DNA of 64,000 nucleotides from Lama glama. Its lineage: Eukaryota. The position numbers and the translations under genes were made by a program. Below the pieces are notes generated by a model, which saw only the letters and a list, made by a program, of their open reading frames with translations, ran no database searches and was not told the DNA's origin. The stretch is taken from assembly GCA_028534125.1 (NCBI GenBank), contig CM052816.1, positions 21,764,001 through 21,828,000 on the forward strand, read 5' to 3'. Shown here piece after piece: positions 35,201-50,200 of this stretch (its first letter is position 1; each line of letters starts with the position of its first letter).

Positions 35201-38200
35201 GTCTTTCAGCTCTCAGAGCCCACCCACCAAGAGCTGGTGGGCATATCTGAATTTTCCAGTGTAGAGTGAGTCATTTATCTGATGAGCCTGGCTGTGACTT
35301 AGTCCCTCATTTGCAGCTTAGGGAAGTAAATGTCCCAAGGAAGCCAGCTGGCCTCCTGCCCAGGGTCCTCCCCAGAGCAGTTTTCTCAGTGAAAATTCAC
35401 TGTGGTCCGTAGCCTGGCCTCTGCTTTGCTGATGCAGAACCTTAATTTGGTCTATATGCCAGGAGTGGTTTGTTCCTGTGGGATGGCCTCAAAACTGATC
35501 CAGCCCTAGGAGGCTGCCGGAGCTGGATTGCCAGCTCAGCAACTCAGTGAGAATGCACCAGCTGGCTGGGGGGCTCACTTCTCTGCTGCCCAGGAAGCAC
35601 CCAGAGCCTTAGGTGGTTGATAAGTGTTTCAGGACTCAGCCTGCATCCGCAGAGCATAAATTCCTGCAGGTTCATAGCACCTGGGTCCATCCACCTCTGC
35701 CCAGCCTGGGCTGAGCAGACTCCTTGGTCTGACAGGCATACCTTAGCCATCTCTTTAGTCCCTGTGTGCCTCTAGTTATGCCAGATTCAGTATGAGGAAC
35801 TTTACATGCCTGAGTGATGCTGTCCCCATTCTGAAGATGGGGAAGGGGAGGTCCAGAGAGGTTGGGTTCACTCAACCTAGCATAGCCCATAAGTGAAGGA
35901 GAAGGGGTTCGAACTGAGGAGCTTTACTCACTTTCTCTGCAATGACTTTGCACATACTGACCTCATCTCTTGTGTGGTGATGTTACAGTTTAGCACAGAT
36001 AATATTTATTGGGACTTCAGCAGATCTCTCCTCTCTTAGGGGTCAAGCAATTGTTGTTTGGCTCATATTCCATGGCTGTAGAGTGGCTCTTGCTGGGTTT
36101 CTCATTGTTTCCCAAAAAGAGAAACAATAGCTGTGCATCCAGATGTTGGGGTAGAGGGCCAGTGCATGGCAGCCTGGGGCCCACGCAGCCCTCACGGAGC
36201 TGGCAGACCTGTGGGTATCATCCAACACTTTTAGCTTCAGGCCCTACTGGACAGTGACACTGAGGAGGCCCCACTGGAGCTAAAAGCACCCAATGCCTGG
36301 CCCACCCTTGCTACCTTCCTCAGTCCTGGGCGAAGTGCAGACCCCTGAGCCTAACTGCCCATATGTCTGTCCTGCCAGCACTGCTTTACTTAGTAGCTAA
36401 CAGGAGATCATGGTAGCACCTCTTTGAACCAAAGTCAGTCACCGGTGCTTCTCACACAAAGGCTCCCACCACCCACCCTAAGGCATCCTCCACGGACCCC
36501 TGATAGCCTCACTGTGTCCACTTGGGCTGCAGTGGGCAAGCGTTGCACCCTGACCACCATAAGCAATGTTACAGAGGTGCTTGTTACCCCTAAGAGTGTA
36601 CAGCACTTTGCTGAGCCTTTTCTCTTCAAGCCTTCATTCCTCTTCTTTGCCAACAGCTGTTCCCCTCTGGCACTTCCTTTTCCCTCTGGACTTTGGCAGA
36701 TGGGATCCCAGGGGGAAATAGCACAGGGCCCCGTTAATGGTGGGGCCAGCTTCTCCTCTAGGTTCTTGGTCTGTGGTGGTGCACAGCCACCCTGTATAGT
36801 GGTCAGCAGTCTGGCGCCAGGGAACAGTGCCTGGACCTCACCCTCGCTGCTCTTGGGAACTCTGTTATTCCTCAGAAAGTGGCCCGAGCATCACCTCTGG
36901 CCTAGCAGGTCTTTGGCCACAACTTTCTTCAAGGAGACCCCCATGGTGGGCCAGGATATGGGCCTGAGGGGACTGTGCTGTGTCATCCACTGGATCCTTG
37001 TCAGATAGGTCGTTACCCTCACATCCTGAAGGCTGGAAGTATCTGTCAGGGCTGGTCTGAGGGCTCTGCCCCCTTGCTTTCCCTGTGTCCCTCAGGGCCA
37101 GGGCCTGGCACTGGGAGCTGTGAAGTGGAGTGGAAGGAGTCTGCATCCCTTTGCCCCCAATTATTCTGGCCACTGTGTTAGGCACACCTGCTGCCCCTCT
37201 GTCCTTTCCACACCCCAGGAACAAGGATAAGCAAAATTCTATGACCATACAGGAGAGGTGGTACACCTAGGCCCTAGGGCTCAGGAGCCATTAACTCCAG
37301 AGCTGTCAGCTCATGCCATGCTCCTGGAAGATATGGAAGCATCTGTCAGCCATGGCCTAGGGCCTGAGCACGTGGTTCTCAGGAAAACTAGGTTGGGTTT
37401 CTGACTGTCAGGTGTGACTGCTGAGGGCTCTTTGGCCTGTCACTGGGAATGGCCCTTCCAGGTGGTCGGCTTCCAGGATACACTGTGTTGCACCAGGAGA
37501 CTGTACACCCCAGGACCAGCTCAGGGCCTGGCCACGATCAATGTGTTGCTTGTGACTCAAGACAGGTGGGAGGACAAGCCGAGGACCCCTCCCTTGTCTG
37601 CCATCAGGTCTCTTCCTTCACCTGCCTGTTGTTCCTGCAGAGTTCATCCTCTCACTTCTGGAGAAGATGCAGACACAGGAGATCCTGAGGATGCTGCGGC
37701 TGCCCGAGCTGGGCGACTTGGGCCAGTTTTTCCGAAGCCTCTCAGCCACCACCCTCGTGAGTATGGGTGCGCTGGCCGCCATCCTCGCCTACTGGTTCAC
37801 TCACCGGCCAAAGGCCTTGCAGCCACCGTGCAATCTCCTGATGCAGTCAGAGGAAGTGGAGGTGAGCAGGGTGGGAGCAGTTGGGCTGGGGGAAGTAGCA
37901 GGTAGGGGGCAGGCATCTTAAAGGTAGAAGCCAAACTTGTGGCTTATTTGATCTCAGATTGTTCAGAGAATCTCTATGTCCCCATCAGCCAGCCAGCCGG
38001 TGGCGCTGGATAGGGTCTCCTATCAGATGCTCCTTCTGCCTTTCCCAGGAACTGAACCCTGGGCAGAGCCTGACCTTGACCTTGTACTGAGTCTCTGATT
38101 TGCCTGCTTCTTGGATAGGAGGCCTAAGCACGTTCTCAAGGGGCTGCCAGGTAAATTCCTTGCCAGGCTCTTCCTGTGCCCAGCCCTGGTCTGGAACTGA

Positions 38201-41200
38201 GACCCAGAGCTGAGCCACCCCAGGGCCCTGCCCTCCCAGAGCACACAGACTCACAGATAGAGCCACTAGGGGGATAAGGGACGGTGGTCCAGCCTGGACA
38301 AGGGTGTTCCAGGCTAAGTCTAGAAGGACTGATACAATTTATTTCTTTATTAAGTTTATGAAATCTATTTTGCTTTTTTCCTAAACTTTAATTCTGTTCA
38401 TTTTGAATAGATAATATATTCACACAGTTCAAAAGAAACCAAAGGATATAGACTGAAAAACTTTTACCTTCTTCCCCTTGCCTCCCAGTTCTCCTCCCCT
38501 GAGAACCATGTTAATTAACACTTGTCCATGAGCAAATGTATAGCTGTCTGCCCCCCTTTCAAAATGACATCACACCATATACACTGTGCAGCACCTTGCT
38601 TTTGCCCCTGACAGTATCTTGCAGGTCCCATCACAAACATGACAGAATTTTGCCTGATGGCAGAGGGCGCAGGTAGAGATAGGTCTGGGATCTTCAGGGC
38701 ATTTTTCTAGCGGAAGAAATAATGTGTGCAGAGGTGCAGGTGTGTGATAATACACCTGGTGGCTTTGGGAAATGGCGATTCATATGGTGTGGCTGGGAGG
38801 TGGAGAAGGGCTGCAGAGGCGCCAGCAGCCTGTGGTGACCAGCAGCCCTCGGTTTGAAGCCTGGCTGTGCCTCTTACTAGCCATATGATCCTTGGTAGTT
38901 TTCTTACTCTCTGAGTGTCAGTTTCCTCAACTGTCAAGTGGACAGTAAAAAGGGTACCTGCTTCCTAAGGTTATAGTAAGGATTTGGTGAGATGATGCAG
39001 AGAAAGGGCTAAGATGAATATTTTTGGTGAGCTTATAATTGCCACTCACCTGGAGAGGGAAGCCAGGATAAAGCCCCATGGACTGGGCAGGGACCCTTGG
39101 GGGGGACAGCCTGGATTTATTTGGGCTTTTCAGTGATAGGAGAGACAGGACCCACTTGTACTGTTAGAAGGGTGGCTTTGACAGGGGCCAACATGAGGCA
39201 GCAACCGGGGCATCTGGGCTGGAGGTAACAGTGGTCTGGATAGAGTCAGGATGGGGGCCTCGGAGTGAGTCACCTTATAGGTCTGGGAGGACATGGCGTG
39301 GGACACAGCTGAGGCCTCCCTTCCTGGAAGGATGGTGCCCTCCCTTGCCTTATCCCCCAGGAGTGCAGGAATCCAGAGCGGCTGTAGTGAAGGAGGCAGA
39401 GGAGAGAGTGGTAGGAAAGATGAGAGAGGTAAGAGGGGCCCAGATCATTTAGGGTCTGGTAGCATTTACTCTGTGTGCTACACAGTGGGAATCAATTCAG
39501 ATCATGTCACTCACCCTGGCTTAAAGTCCTCCCTGGCTCCCTGTTGCCTTCAACCTAACGTCCATACTCCTTGCCTTGATCTGCAGCCTCTCCAGCCTCC
39601 TCCATTTACCACTTGGAGCAGCATGAATTGCCTACAGTCCCCCAAGTGCCTCTTGCCCTATGCATTTGCACTCGCTGTTGCCTCTGGTGAGGCTGCCATT
39701 CCTTGTTCCTCACGCTGCCCAGTAAACTCCTTTGCATCCTTCAAAACCCAGCTCCACAGCCGCTCCCTGACACACCCGCCACTTGAGCCCCTTCTGTCCC
39801 TGGCACAAAGTCCCTTGTTCTGTCATTTCTGTCCCTCGAATGCTAACCTGGTCTAATTACATCTGTCCCCAGCTTCCCACACAAGTCTTACACGGACCCA
39901 GTGTTTGAGAAGCGCTGGCCAAACAGAAATTTCCACTACAAAGCAACAGAGAGCCTCCTGTGGGTTTGAGTTTGCTTTGTGGCTCTCACATTTTTTTCAG
40001 ACCTGACGTTCCAAGAGGTGGTGGGCTGTAGCACAGCCCAGTGCAGTCTGAATGGTGCTCAGGGAAGAGGGGGAGCTGTGGAACTGGAGAGGTGGGCTTG
40101 GAGAGCTGGGGAGAAGTCGTGTGGTGGAAGGGGAAGAGGCAGGAGAGGCCCAGCTCCTTCCCCAGCCCCCGGCTCCCAGGGCGTTCGCTGCCTTCCCACT
40201 TGGGGTCTGCTCCACGGAGGGCCCAGGAATCCACTGCCCTATTCCCTCCGTAGCCTTCTGGGCCTCTCTTCCTGGGAAAATACCTTCAACAAGTCCTCAA
40301 ACTAATTCACATTGTTATGTAAATGATGGGTGGTAGCCTTCTTAGCTGAAGCCTGCTGCCAGATGATTCTTGATGTAGGTTCATAGCAGTGACACCTTGG
40401 CAGGTTGATCCTGATACCAGAGGGTAGGTAACCTGGCTCCAGCGAACACTCTTCACTCTGTTACATGAGTGAACCATGGGCATGTATGAACGGTAACTGA
40501 AGATTCTGACCTGGTATGCTGACCTGGTGTGTGTGTGTGCTGTGTGCGTGTGGTTGTGTACTGGTCAAGTGCATACAAGCCATGTGTACTTGAACATGTG
40601 TAGAGGTTGTGTGTGCGCAGCCCGTGTGTGTAGGCCGTGTGTGTGAGTGCACACAGAGTACATCCCAGTTCCAGCCATGTGGCCCAGATGTGCATCCAAG
40701 CTATGTGCAGCCTAGTGCATGCTGGTGCCTTCTCCTCAGGCCCCTGCCTGTGTCAGCCAGCTTCTCTGGCCTGTGCTTGGCTCATAGGACAGTGGTGGGG
40801 CCCGGCGATCCGTGATTGGGGATGGCCCTCAGCTGCTCACCCACTACTATGATGATGCCAGGACCATGTACGAGGTGTTCCGCCGTGGGCTTAGCATCTC
40901 AGGTGAGAGGGGCCCTGGGGATGTGGAGGGGTTGTGGCAGGGGTTGAGCAGGTATGGGGGGTGGGTGATCAAGCATGGTACCAGGGGCAAGGCAGGTGAA
41001 TCGTGCCCCAGTTCAGAGGAGAGAAGCCATTCTTGTCTCCCCTGCTGCCCATAGCTGTGGTATGAGGCCAACAGGCTGACATCAGCTTTGTTCCAGCCCT
41101 TAAGACTGCTGACCTTCAGCCATCTCTTAGCTCATACTCTGTATTTCCCATTGGCATCCCTTGGTGAGCCTCAAGATTGCCAGGTTATGACATGGTTCTG

Positions 41201-44200
41201 AACCTGAGCCTCCAGGATGTCTGGATGACCCTGGGTATAGGGCAGAGGGAAGTGGTCACAGTGGGACAACCTGCCACCTCTGCCCGGTGTCCCCCAGGTC
41301 TCGTGTGTCCTTTTGGGGCTGCATCACACAGGTCACACTGGGAACTGGCACATGTGTCAGTCCTCATTCCCAGGCCTCCCTGATCCCTGCGGAAATGCCA
41401 TGCTTGTGTACCTTCTTGGACTTCAGCAGGTTAGACAGGCAGCTGGGAGCAGTTCACCTGGTCCATGGACCATCCCCAGTATGAGGTGTTTATCTAGATG
41501 TCTGATGGGCCAGTGCAGGTGGCACCCCAACCCTGCCCTCCTCCCTGGCACAAGGCTTGCTTTTCTCTATGCAGGGAATGGACCCTGTCTTGGCTTCAGG
41601 AAACCCAAGCAGCCTTATCAGTGGCTGTCCTACCAGGAGGTGAGTAATAAGAGGGTAGGCCCCACCCTGTCCACCCATGCAGACCTGCACTTGGCAGGGT
41701 GCTTTGTAGGCACCCTGAATTCCCACCTGGGGATCTCCCTTCCTTGCTTTCCCATCACTTCCTCATGTCTGTGTACAGGTGGCCAACAGGGCTGAATTTC
41801 TAGGGTCTGGACTTCTCCAGCACAATTGTAAACCATGTACAGATCAGTTTATCGGCGTTTTTGCACAAAATCGGCCAGAGGTGAGCATCTGCCTTAACTG
41901 GTTTTAGAAGTATCTGTGGAGTACAGGGTTTGATACCATAGAACAGCCCTGTTCCCACTGTCTGAAGGGCCCAGCATAAGAAGAGAAATGGAGATCCTTC
42001 GTCTGTGTTACCCTCACTCTCTTGGCTTTGCCCCTATCAGGACAGGACATTCCAGCCATACTCCTACCACACCCTACCCAGCTGCATAAACAGTGGCTCC
42101 CTGAGGCATGGGGCAGGGTGGTGTGGGAAGGACCTGGGGATGAAGCTTGTGCAGGCTCTGGGAGTGGGTTTGGGGCTGTTTGGATTCCCATAATTCCCTA
42201 GGGGCAGCGTGGTCTGGAAGGCTCTGAGTGATGAAGCACAGCCATTTAGCCTCGTGGATCCCCTGCCTCATGCAGAGGACCAGAACAGAGCGCTCTCAGC
42301 ATGGGACCCTGAGCAAGGACCCTGGTTGCTTGGGCCTAAGAGCAGTGCAGCCCTCCTGTCTGTTCTGTGCTCCCCCTTCCCCCAACTGTGTGTCTCCACA
42401 GTGGATCATCACGGAGCTCGCCTGTTACACGTACTCTATGGTGGTAGTCCCACTCTATGACACGCTGGGCCCTGGAGCAATCCGCTACATCGTCAACACA
42501 GGTGAGCCCAACTGCCCCCTCCTGCCACTGGCAGCTAGCCCCCAGACCCCAGCCTCTCAGCTTATGCTGGTTGTCTGACACTGAAAAACACTTTGTTTCC
42601 ATTCTTGGAGAACCCCGGGGGCTTCCACCTTGGCCCTTGAGTTGGCATCCTGAGTCCAGCTGTCCCCACTTGGACTTCACCTAAAGGCTCCTTCCACAGG
42701 GTGGGGCTATCAGGAAGGAGCCTCTACACCAGCCCCCACATAGGCTGCCAACCCTCTGAGTTCTCTTCAGCTTAAGGCAGATACTGGGGGGTGATAAGTA
42801 ACTCAAGCAGACCTGGAATGTTAGGGCTGAGCCTGAAAAAAGGAATGCTTGGGATCCACCCATGCACTTTCCTCTGCACACAACACATGGCCAATGGTCC
42901 ATGGCCCACACGGCCTGTCTTACATATTTATTTACACACAAGTATATCATGTGGCCCATGGTTCCACTGCCTGGCACGTGCTGGCCATAGTCACAGCCTG
43001 TACCACACGGCCTGACTCTCCTTGCTGGTCCCTGCAGCCGACATCAGCACCGTGATCGTGGATAAACCTCAGAAGGCCGTCCTTCTTCTGGAGCACGTGG
43101 AGAGGAAGGAGACTCCAGGGCTCAAGCTGATCATCCTCATGGAACCATTTGAGGAAGCTTTGAAAGACAGAGGGCAGGAGTGCGGGGTGGTAATTAAGTC
43201 CATGCAGGCTGTGGAGGTGAGGGTCTGCTTTGGGGCTGTTTACTGGGCCACAGCTGGTTGGCCACCAAGCCAGAGCTGCTGGGTATCTTCTGCCCTAGGA
43301 TGGGTCTCTTGGGCCATCAAGTGTGTCAGGGTTGAGACAGGGCAGGCTTCACAAGGGCTGGTGCTGGGTTGTGGGGTTGGTACCCACAGGCATCCTCTTC
43401 AAGACAGGCAGTTACTGACACAGGCGCCAACAGGCTGCCCCATGGCTACTCCCACCGCCTCATTTCCAGCTAGCTGTCAGCCTGTCTGAGCCTGAGCACT
43501 GTAGACATGAGGTCCAGGAGTCTTGAAGAGGTTCCTACAGATGTGTCCCAGACCCCTAACAGCCAGTAGAACTGATTTTTCTTTGTATGGTCTCCAAAGA
43601 GGCATCAGGTTGGTGGCAGCTTGTGGCATGCTGGAGTGACACAGGACATCCTGGCCTCCAGGACCTCAAGCCTTGTTCAGTAGCAGCTGACCTCTACTTT
43701 CACTGTGACCACTGGAGCTAGGTCCCTGGGCCCTCCAGTTCTCCTCTTGCCTCCCTATCTGCTCTTAAGTGTACCTGTGGCACCTCTGCCCTCCATGTCT
43801 TTAGGGGCCACACCTGCACTGGCAGCCCCCATCTGCCCTTCCAGCCCTGACCATTTACCTGGAAGGCCAGACCACCTAGCCATGCTGTCTGGAACATGTG
43901 TCCAGATTAACCGGGTATCTGGAGCCATCTCCCCATTGTGCATGTGCACAGTCCTTAGCCTCTCCCTGGGCCCCAGGCCCTATCTGTGATGTTTGGGTGG
44001 CCTAGGCCCAGGCCTGGGTATGTATCTGAGGCCACTGGGGTGATGTCTCCACATGGGCCACGTCTGGGCAGGGAATTCTGGACTCTGGGCTTGGCACAGG
44101 AGCAAAGCATACTGTACTGAGTTTATTTTGATTTTTTTTTATTGATTAGATCTTTTGAGCATTTAAAAGCTGTTTTCCTCTTCCAGGACTGTGGCCAGCA

Positions 44201-47200
44201 GAATCACCATGTCCCTGTGGTAAGCTTATTCTCCAGCAAGTCTTTACTGAGCACAGTGGTGTGCAGGGCCCATCCTTGCAGACCCCCTCACTATGCACAA
44301 GGGTTTGGTAGGGAGGTTGAAGTAGCACCCCTGTGTTAATAAGCAGCTCAGGAAATGCCCCCTCGAAGTGCCCAGGACTTCTGTGGATGAGGGTCCAGTG
44401 GGGGACCTGGAACAGGAGTCAGACCTTTGGAAGGGAGAAAAAAGGGCAGCCTGTCCTGGCCACCCTTGAGTCTCCAGTAACTTTTCCTTTGAGAATCCTT
44501 ATGTTTTCCCTTTCAGTGTAGTGAGCTCTTCAGAGGATGGGCTGGACAAGAGCAGCAGCAGAACAGGAAGTGGCTGCCTTGTGGCATCTGCTGTCTTGGT
44601 TCTTCTTTGCTTTGTGAACTTTTCTGTGTGTCATCCCCAAGTGATCCTGCCTGGGCTGAGTCATCAGTGAGGGCCCTCTGAGAGGGGCCGTGTGGGGGCT
44701 TTCAGCTTTCTAACCAGGACTCTTGCCTCCAGCCCCCCTCGCACCTCAGCGTTTCCCACTCCCTTCCCATCCCTGTGAACTTCCTCATACTCGGGCCTGA
44801 GCAGGTCACATCCCTGCTTCCCAGGGCCTCTCATGGGTAGCCCTTAGTGTGTGCCCACTTCCCACACACTGTGCCCCAGCCTTAGACAACTGCTCTCACA
44901 CCCTTCAGCCGCCCTGTCTCTTGTGCCTCTATCTGTGTCCAGGGTGGTCCCTCTCCCAGAACACACACCCTTACTTCATCTGGAAAGGTGTGAACTCATG
45001 TCAGCTCATGTGGGAAACCATCCTGTACATGCATAGTGGGCTCCTCCCAGCAACCCCAGGACTATGAGTCCAGCACCAGGGCAAGAGTCTGATGTGGAGC
45101 ACCCTTAGAGTGGGCAGCCCAGTTCCTGGGCTACATCTTCTGTTCCCAAGCCTAATTGCAGACATTTGGGGAAAAGTGGGAAGGAAGGAGGCTCTGGGTC
45201 ACATCCACTAGAAAGATGAGATCTTTGGCAGAGGCCTAGGTGTGGTCACTGCAGCCCAGTCTCACTAGAATTCAGCTCAGACTCAGGTCAGGGAGGCTGT
45301 AGGAGCAGGTGTGAGGTTGGTGGGACATTGATGTCCATGCCCAGTTAGGTTTCCTTGGCTTTCCTTCCCTTTTCCTGGGAACTTGCCTGCTCACCTTTCT
45401 GATGATAGCATGCAGAGCCATACATGTGTGCCAACACACACCTGCATCCTCAAACAGCACACACACACACACGGGGAATGCACAGAAGGACTGGCTGGTG
45501 GAGGGCCCAGGGATCTTGAGCCCTGGCTGGCCACACTGTGTCTCTTTCAAACACTCCTCTTCTTACCTCTACAGCCCCCGAAACCCAGTGACCTCTCCAT
45601 TGTGTGTTTCACAAGTGGCACGACAGGTAAGCAGAGGCTCCCAGCTCACAGCCAGGGCCACCTGCACCCTTCCCTGGCAGCCCTGGCAGGGTGACCGCAG
45701 GGGTCTCTGGTGACTTCTGTGGGATTGGCTGAGCCTTGTCCTGTACCTGGGTTCCAGATGCTGGGTCCTTACTGCTGCTCCCAGTGGCCAGCACAAGGCA
45801 GCATGGTGTGGCTAGATGTGAATGGACGGTGTGGACTGGGAGGTCCAGGGTGGGAGGGTGCTGTAAGCTTCCCAGAGCTGGGGCCAGGGGCGGACTGGGC
45901 AGCTGGTCACATCATTCCTCTGTGTGAAGGGGTGCTCACCCCTCTGTCTCCTGCCCCTGCCTGGCCTTTGTGTCAGGGACTGAGGAAGGAGTGTGGGGTT
46001 TGGTGTCTGAGAGCTTGGTTTTGAGTCTTAGCCTCCACCACTTTCTGGGGGATCTATGAATCAACCACTTAACTTCTGCACTGCCACTGTCCCCAGTTTC
46101 TCACCTGTGATGAGGGTGGTTAAAGTGCCAAGTAGACGATGGGAAGGTGTGTGAAAGGGCAGGACAGATGCTCTGCAGCTGGGGGCTGGTATCTCACGGG
46201 CAAGGCTGTCAGAAAGAGGACCGGCAGAAATGACGCACTCCTTGCCTGGTCTGACAGAGGAGCATGTGTATGAGCATCAGTGGGAACAGCCAAGGAAAGC
46301 TTCCTGGAGGAGACAGAAGGCACCTGGGGACCACGGCCATAGGCACAGCACTCTGCAGTTTGCAGTGCCCTGTTCACTCTATCACTGTGCCACTGGGCCC
46401 TGAGCATGGCCTTTGAGGCAAGCAGGGGTGGGGACTGTCTGAGGGAACCCCAGCAGCACGTGGAGGCAGAGGGCTTGTGTCCTGTTTTCCCACCTCCCAA
46501 CACACTACTCTTCCCATTGCTGCCCGTGCATCTCATCTGACGACTCAGGAAGTTACTTGCCTTTGTCCTGAAAAGGCAAGAGGTTTCCAGCCTCTTTTTC
46601 CATACCGAGGACTGGCCTTCTCTGATGACAGCTTCTGATGGGCAGTGGAATTGGGCCCGCCACACCTTCCACAGATGCAGCCTCTAAGGCATTTAGCAGA
46701 TCCTTGACCTGTCCCACAGGCAGGACTGTCCTTCTGGGTGGATCATGGTAAACATGACTATTGGATTGAGATGATTTTTGCCATTAACTCACATGGGTTT
46801 GAGAATTTCCACCATACTGCTAAAACCCTGTTGGAAGAAAAATAACACATCTCTTGCTGTCCAGAAGCTGATATCCAGAGCCAACCCAGAATTCAAAAGT
46901 GCCCTTCAGGTGTATGTTGCTTTTTCTCACGAGTTTCATGACGTGAAATTTTGGTGACATGTCCCTTCACCCTGGGTTTGGGGATGGGTCACTACTGTAG
47001 CCTTGGCCTTTAGCTTTGGACCTTTGCTGTCCAAGAGTGCCCTCAGGCTTTTAATAAGTCACTTAGTCACAGACGCTGCCTCCGTATCTGGAACAGAACT
47101 GACTCAAAAATGTGCTGTTTCCCAGCTGGGGATGGCAGGCCTCGTGTCCAGTGCTTTTCCAGATGATGGAGTCACAACTGGAAGCTGAGCCATCCTGCCC

Positions 47201-50200
47201 AAGCTGTGTGTGGTGGAAGCAGGATGCATGGAGCCTGGAAAAGAGGTTGTTATTTAGTGCCCAAGCCTCACACTCCAAAGGTGTGCCTGGTGCCAGGGCA
47301 GAGCTGGGGAGTGAGCAGGCCTTGTGCCTGGTGTCACCCCACCTGGCTGCACACTTGGATCTCCTTGGCATTAGCCTGAGCCTGCACTGTGCCTCTGGTG
47401 GCCATCCACTAGTCCAGCACGCCACAGCCACAGATACAGCTTCCCTTCCATCAGTGTCCTGGCTCCAGCTTCATCAAGAGTCATATTCTTTCAGTGGGGA
47501 AGATGGAAAATATGATCTGAACCTGACATTGGATTCATGATTCCGGTGGAATCATTCTGGGAAGATTTTCCTTTGGGTGTATTATGGGAATATCTGTGGA
47601 TTCCCAGAATAAGCCAGTACTTTGGAGCCCTAGTCAGGCCAAGAAGGCCCTGGAGGAGGTGAGAGCTTGGGGTTTGTCTGTACTCAGGGATGGCTAATGG
47701 GTGAGAATGTGGTTGGTTGTTCATTTCAGAATAACCATCAGCTGGACTGGAATCTAAACCACCACCCCCAAATAAAAGATAATTTGTGGGTATAACATAG
47801 TCCAGTTTGGGGAACTGGGCCCCATGAATGATAGCTCAGATGTATCCTTGAGTTCATGTACCTTCTCTTCCCAGAGAAGAAAATACAGTGGTCTTTAAAA
47901 ACATGTCCTGCTGAGTCTATGTGTTTTCAGCATTCCTGTTGTAATTTATGTAGATTCATTCATTCACCTCATTTGTTGACTATCCTCTATGCATCAGACC
48001 TAGTGTTGGAGGCTGAGGACACAGGGATGGACATGACGCAGCCCTGCCCTCATGAGCTCACAGCTCATGTCATGAGACAGTTCAGTACAATGTGGCATCC
48101 CAGGGTGCATGGAATACTAGGCCACCAAGAGGCCAGGACAGCGGGACAGAAGGGATTCTCAATCTAAGCAGAGTCCCGAAGGATTGGTAGCTAGAAGAGA
48201 AGAGGATGGGCATTCTCAGCAGAGGGAACAGTGTGTGCAGAGGATCGACAGCAAGAAAGAAAATGTTTCTTTGAGAGAGAGTTGACTAAGGAAAAGAGAG
48301 GTCTGGTTGCAGGGCCTGGGAACCCTGGCAGGAGAGGAATGATAGGGGTAGGAGTTCCAAATAAAGGCTGAGCAAGAGCAGCCAGAGAGGCTAGAAGAGA
48401 ATAGAACCTGTCAGCATTGTCACGTGGCTGCGCTATACCATAAGACATTGCCACAAAAATACTCACCGGTGCTCTCGGCGAAGGCTCATCATGGGATGGA
48501 GGCCAGAAGCTGATTGTGGTGAGCTGAGTAAGGGGTGGGAGATGAGGATGTCAATTCAGTAAGTATGGACAACTCTTGCAAGAAGCTTGGCTATGTCACC
48601 AAAAGGCACACTCCAGAGTGTTCCTAGCAACACTTTGAATAGTCACAATCTGGAGACAACTTAAATGCCCATCAGCAATAGAATGGTATGTCAACAAACA
48701 GAAAAGGATACCTCTATGTCGAGTCAAAGAAATCAGGTGCAAAATGTCATATGATTTCTTTTGTTTAAAATGACAAAACACAGTAAAGGACTCTGGTTCC
48801 AGAAGTCAGGATAACGGTCACCTTCCAGGATAATGGTGCCCTGGAATGCTGATGATGTTATGTTTCTTGTTCTGGGTGCTAGGGGCCCAGGTAAGTTCAC
48901 TTTGAAAAAAGTCTTTTGAGCTGTACACTTATTTGAGCACTTTTGTATATGTATGTTATACATAAGAGAGTGTTTATTTTTTTAAAAAAGAGAGATTAGC
49001 TGTGAAGGGATGACAGAGAGCAAGAGTGGCAGCTGCCGGGGGCCATGGGGTTGAGGGAGGTGGGGTTTTTGTTGTTTTCCTGGAAATACCTGGAAGTGTT
49101 TCTTATGGTTGAGAGGGAGCCACTGGAGGTAGAGGAAAGGGAGGTGATGCTCAGTGGAGCAAAGCCCCCAAAACTTTGGTTTGGGTTGGGGGAGAGAGGA
49201 GGCCTCCAAGTACCAGAAAGAGATGCACCCCACCCAGGGGACAGAGGGAGGAAGAGTGGATTCTGGGGGCCCTCCTCTGTGGAGTAGAAGTCAGGGTCAT
49301 GGCCTGAGGGTGAGGGGTGTCCTGAATAGACCTGAGTCTAGGGGCACCGTGTGACAGTTTCTGTAAAGAGCCCCCCTCTGGGGCTAGAGACCATGAGCCT
49401 CTTGCCTCCCAACTGGGACCTGAAAGTCTCCTCCCAGGGTTTGTTGTCAACATTCACTTCTCTTTTATCTCTTGGCACTTCTCTTGAGATTCTCAGACCA
49501 TCTGTCCTTAGGTTATATTACGCATGAGCAAGTCGGCCAATCTAGCAGATCTAAAGCTGTATAGCATAGGACAATATTTTGTGACAGATCTGTTTTTATA
49601 CTTAATGTTTGGGGGATGTTCCTTTAAAAATTCCAGAATTTGAGAATCCACAGGTGAAAATTTCCAGGTGATACTCTCAGAATAGTTGGTGGGCCTGGGG
49701 ACTCTGTGGGATTTACACATAGGAGACAATTCAGAGAAATTTCTTAATGTGGGCCTGTGTTTGAGAATGGAAGAACAAGCAGAGGTAAAACAGATCCCAC
49801 AGACCTTCTTTTCAAAAGGAAGGTATTTTAGCAATCATATTTAACATTCTTTTTACAAAATGTAATTTAAAAAATCCTGTAACTTTCTGTGTCTCCAGAA
49901 TCACCTCCGTGATTTGCAGTATGGGTGTAGGTGCCTGAGCACATGTTAAAACCCTGTCCACCACACATCTTGGTCAGACAGAGATGGTGCCATTACTGAT
50001 ACTTGTCTCTGGCAAATGGGTCACCAGTAAATTGAGCAAAAGGGCCTTAAGGGATATAATGATGAGAGCAACTTTATTTTTATCTCCATCTGTTCCTTTA
50101 AACGTTCTCAGTGTGGGTAGTTCTTAGTCTGCCCCTGGATAAAATCTTTAAGCATCTCCTGCCTTTTCTGGTCACTCTCAGAAAAGTCCCCTGAGACACG

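Noticed and set aside
35219..35243. Short hairpin CCCACCA-agagc-TGGTGGG
   Set aside because: A 7-bp stem is expected by chance in 64 kb and is too short for a pre-miRNA.
36424..37008. 194-aa intronic ORF, and similar ORFs at 27709, 30615, 39293 and 46120
   Set aside because: No recognisable homology or domain and no exon-like splice context; consistent with chance ORFs in GC-rich intron sequence.
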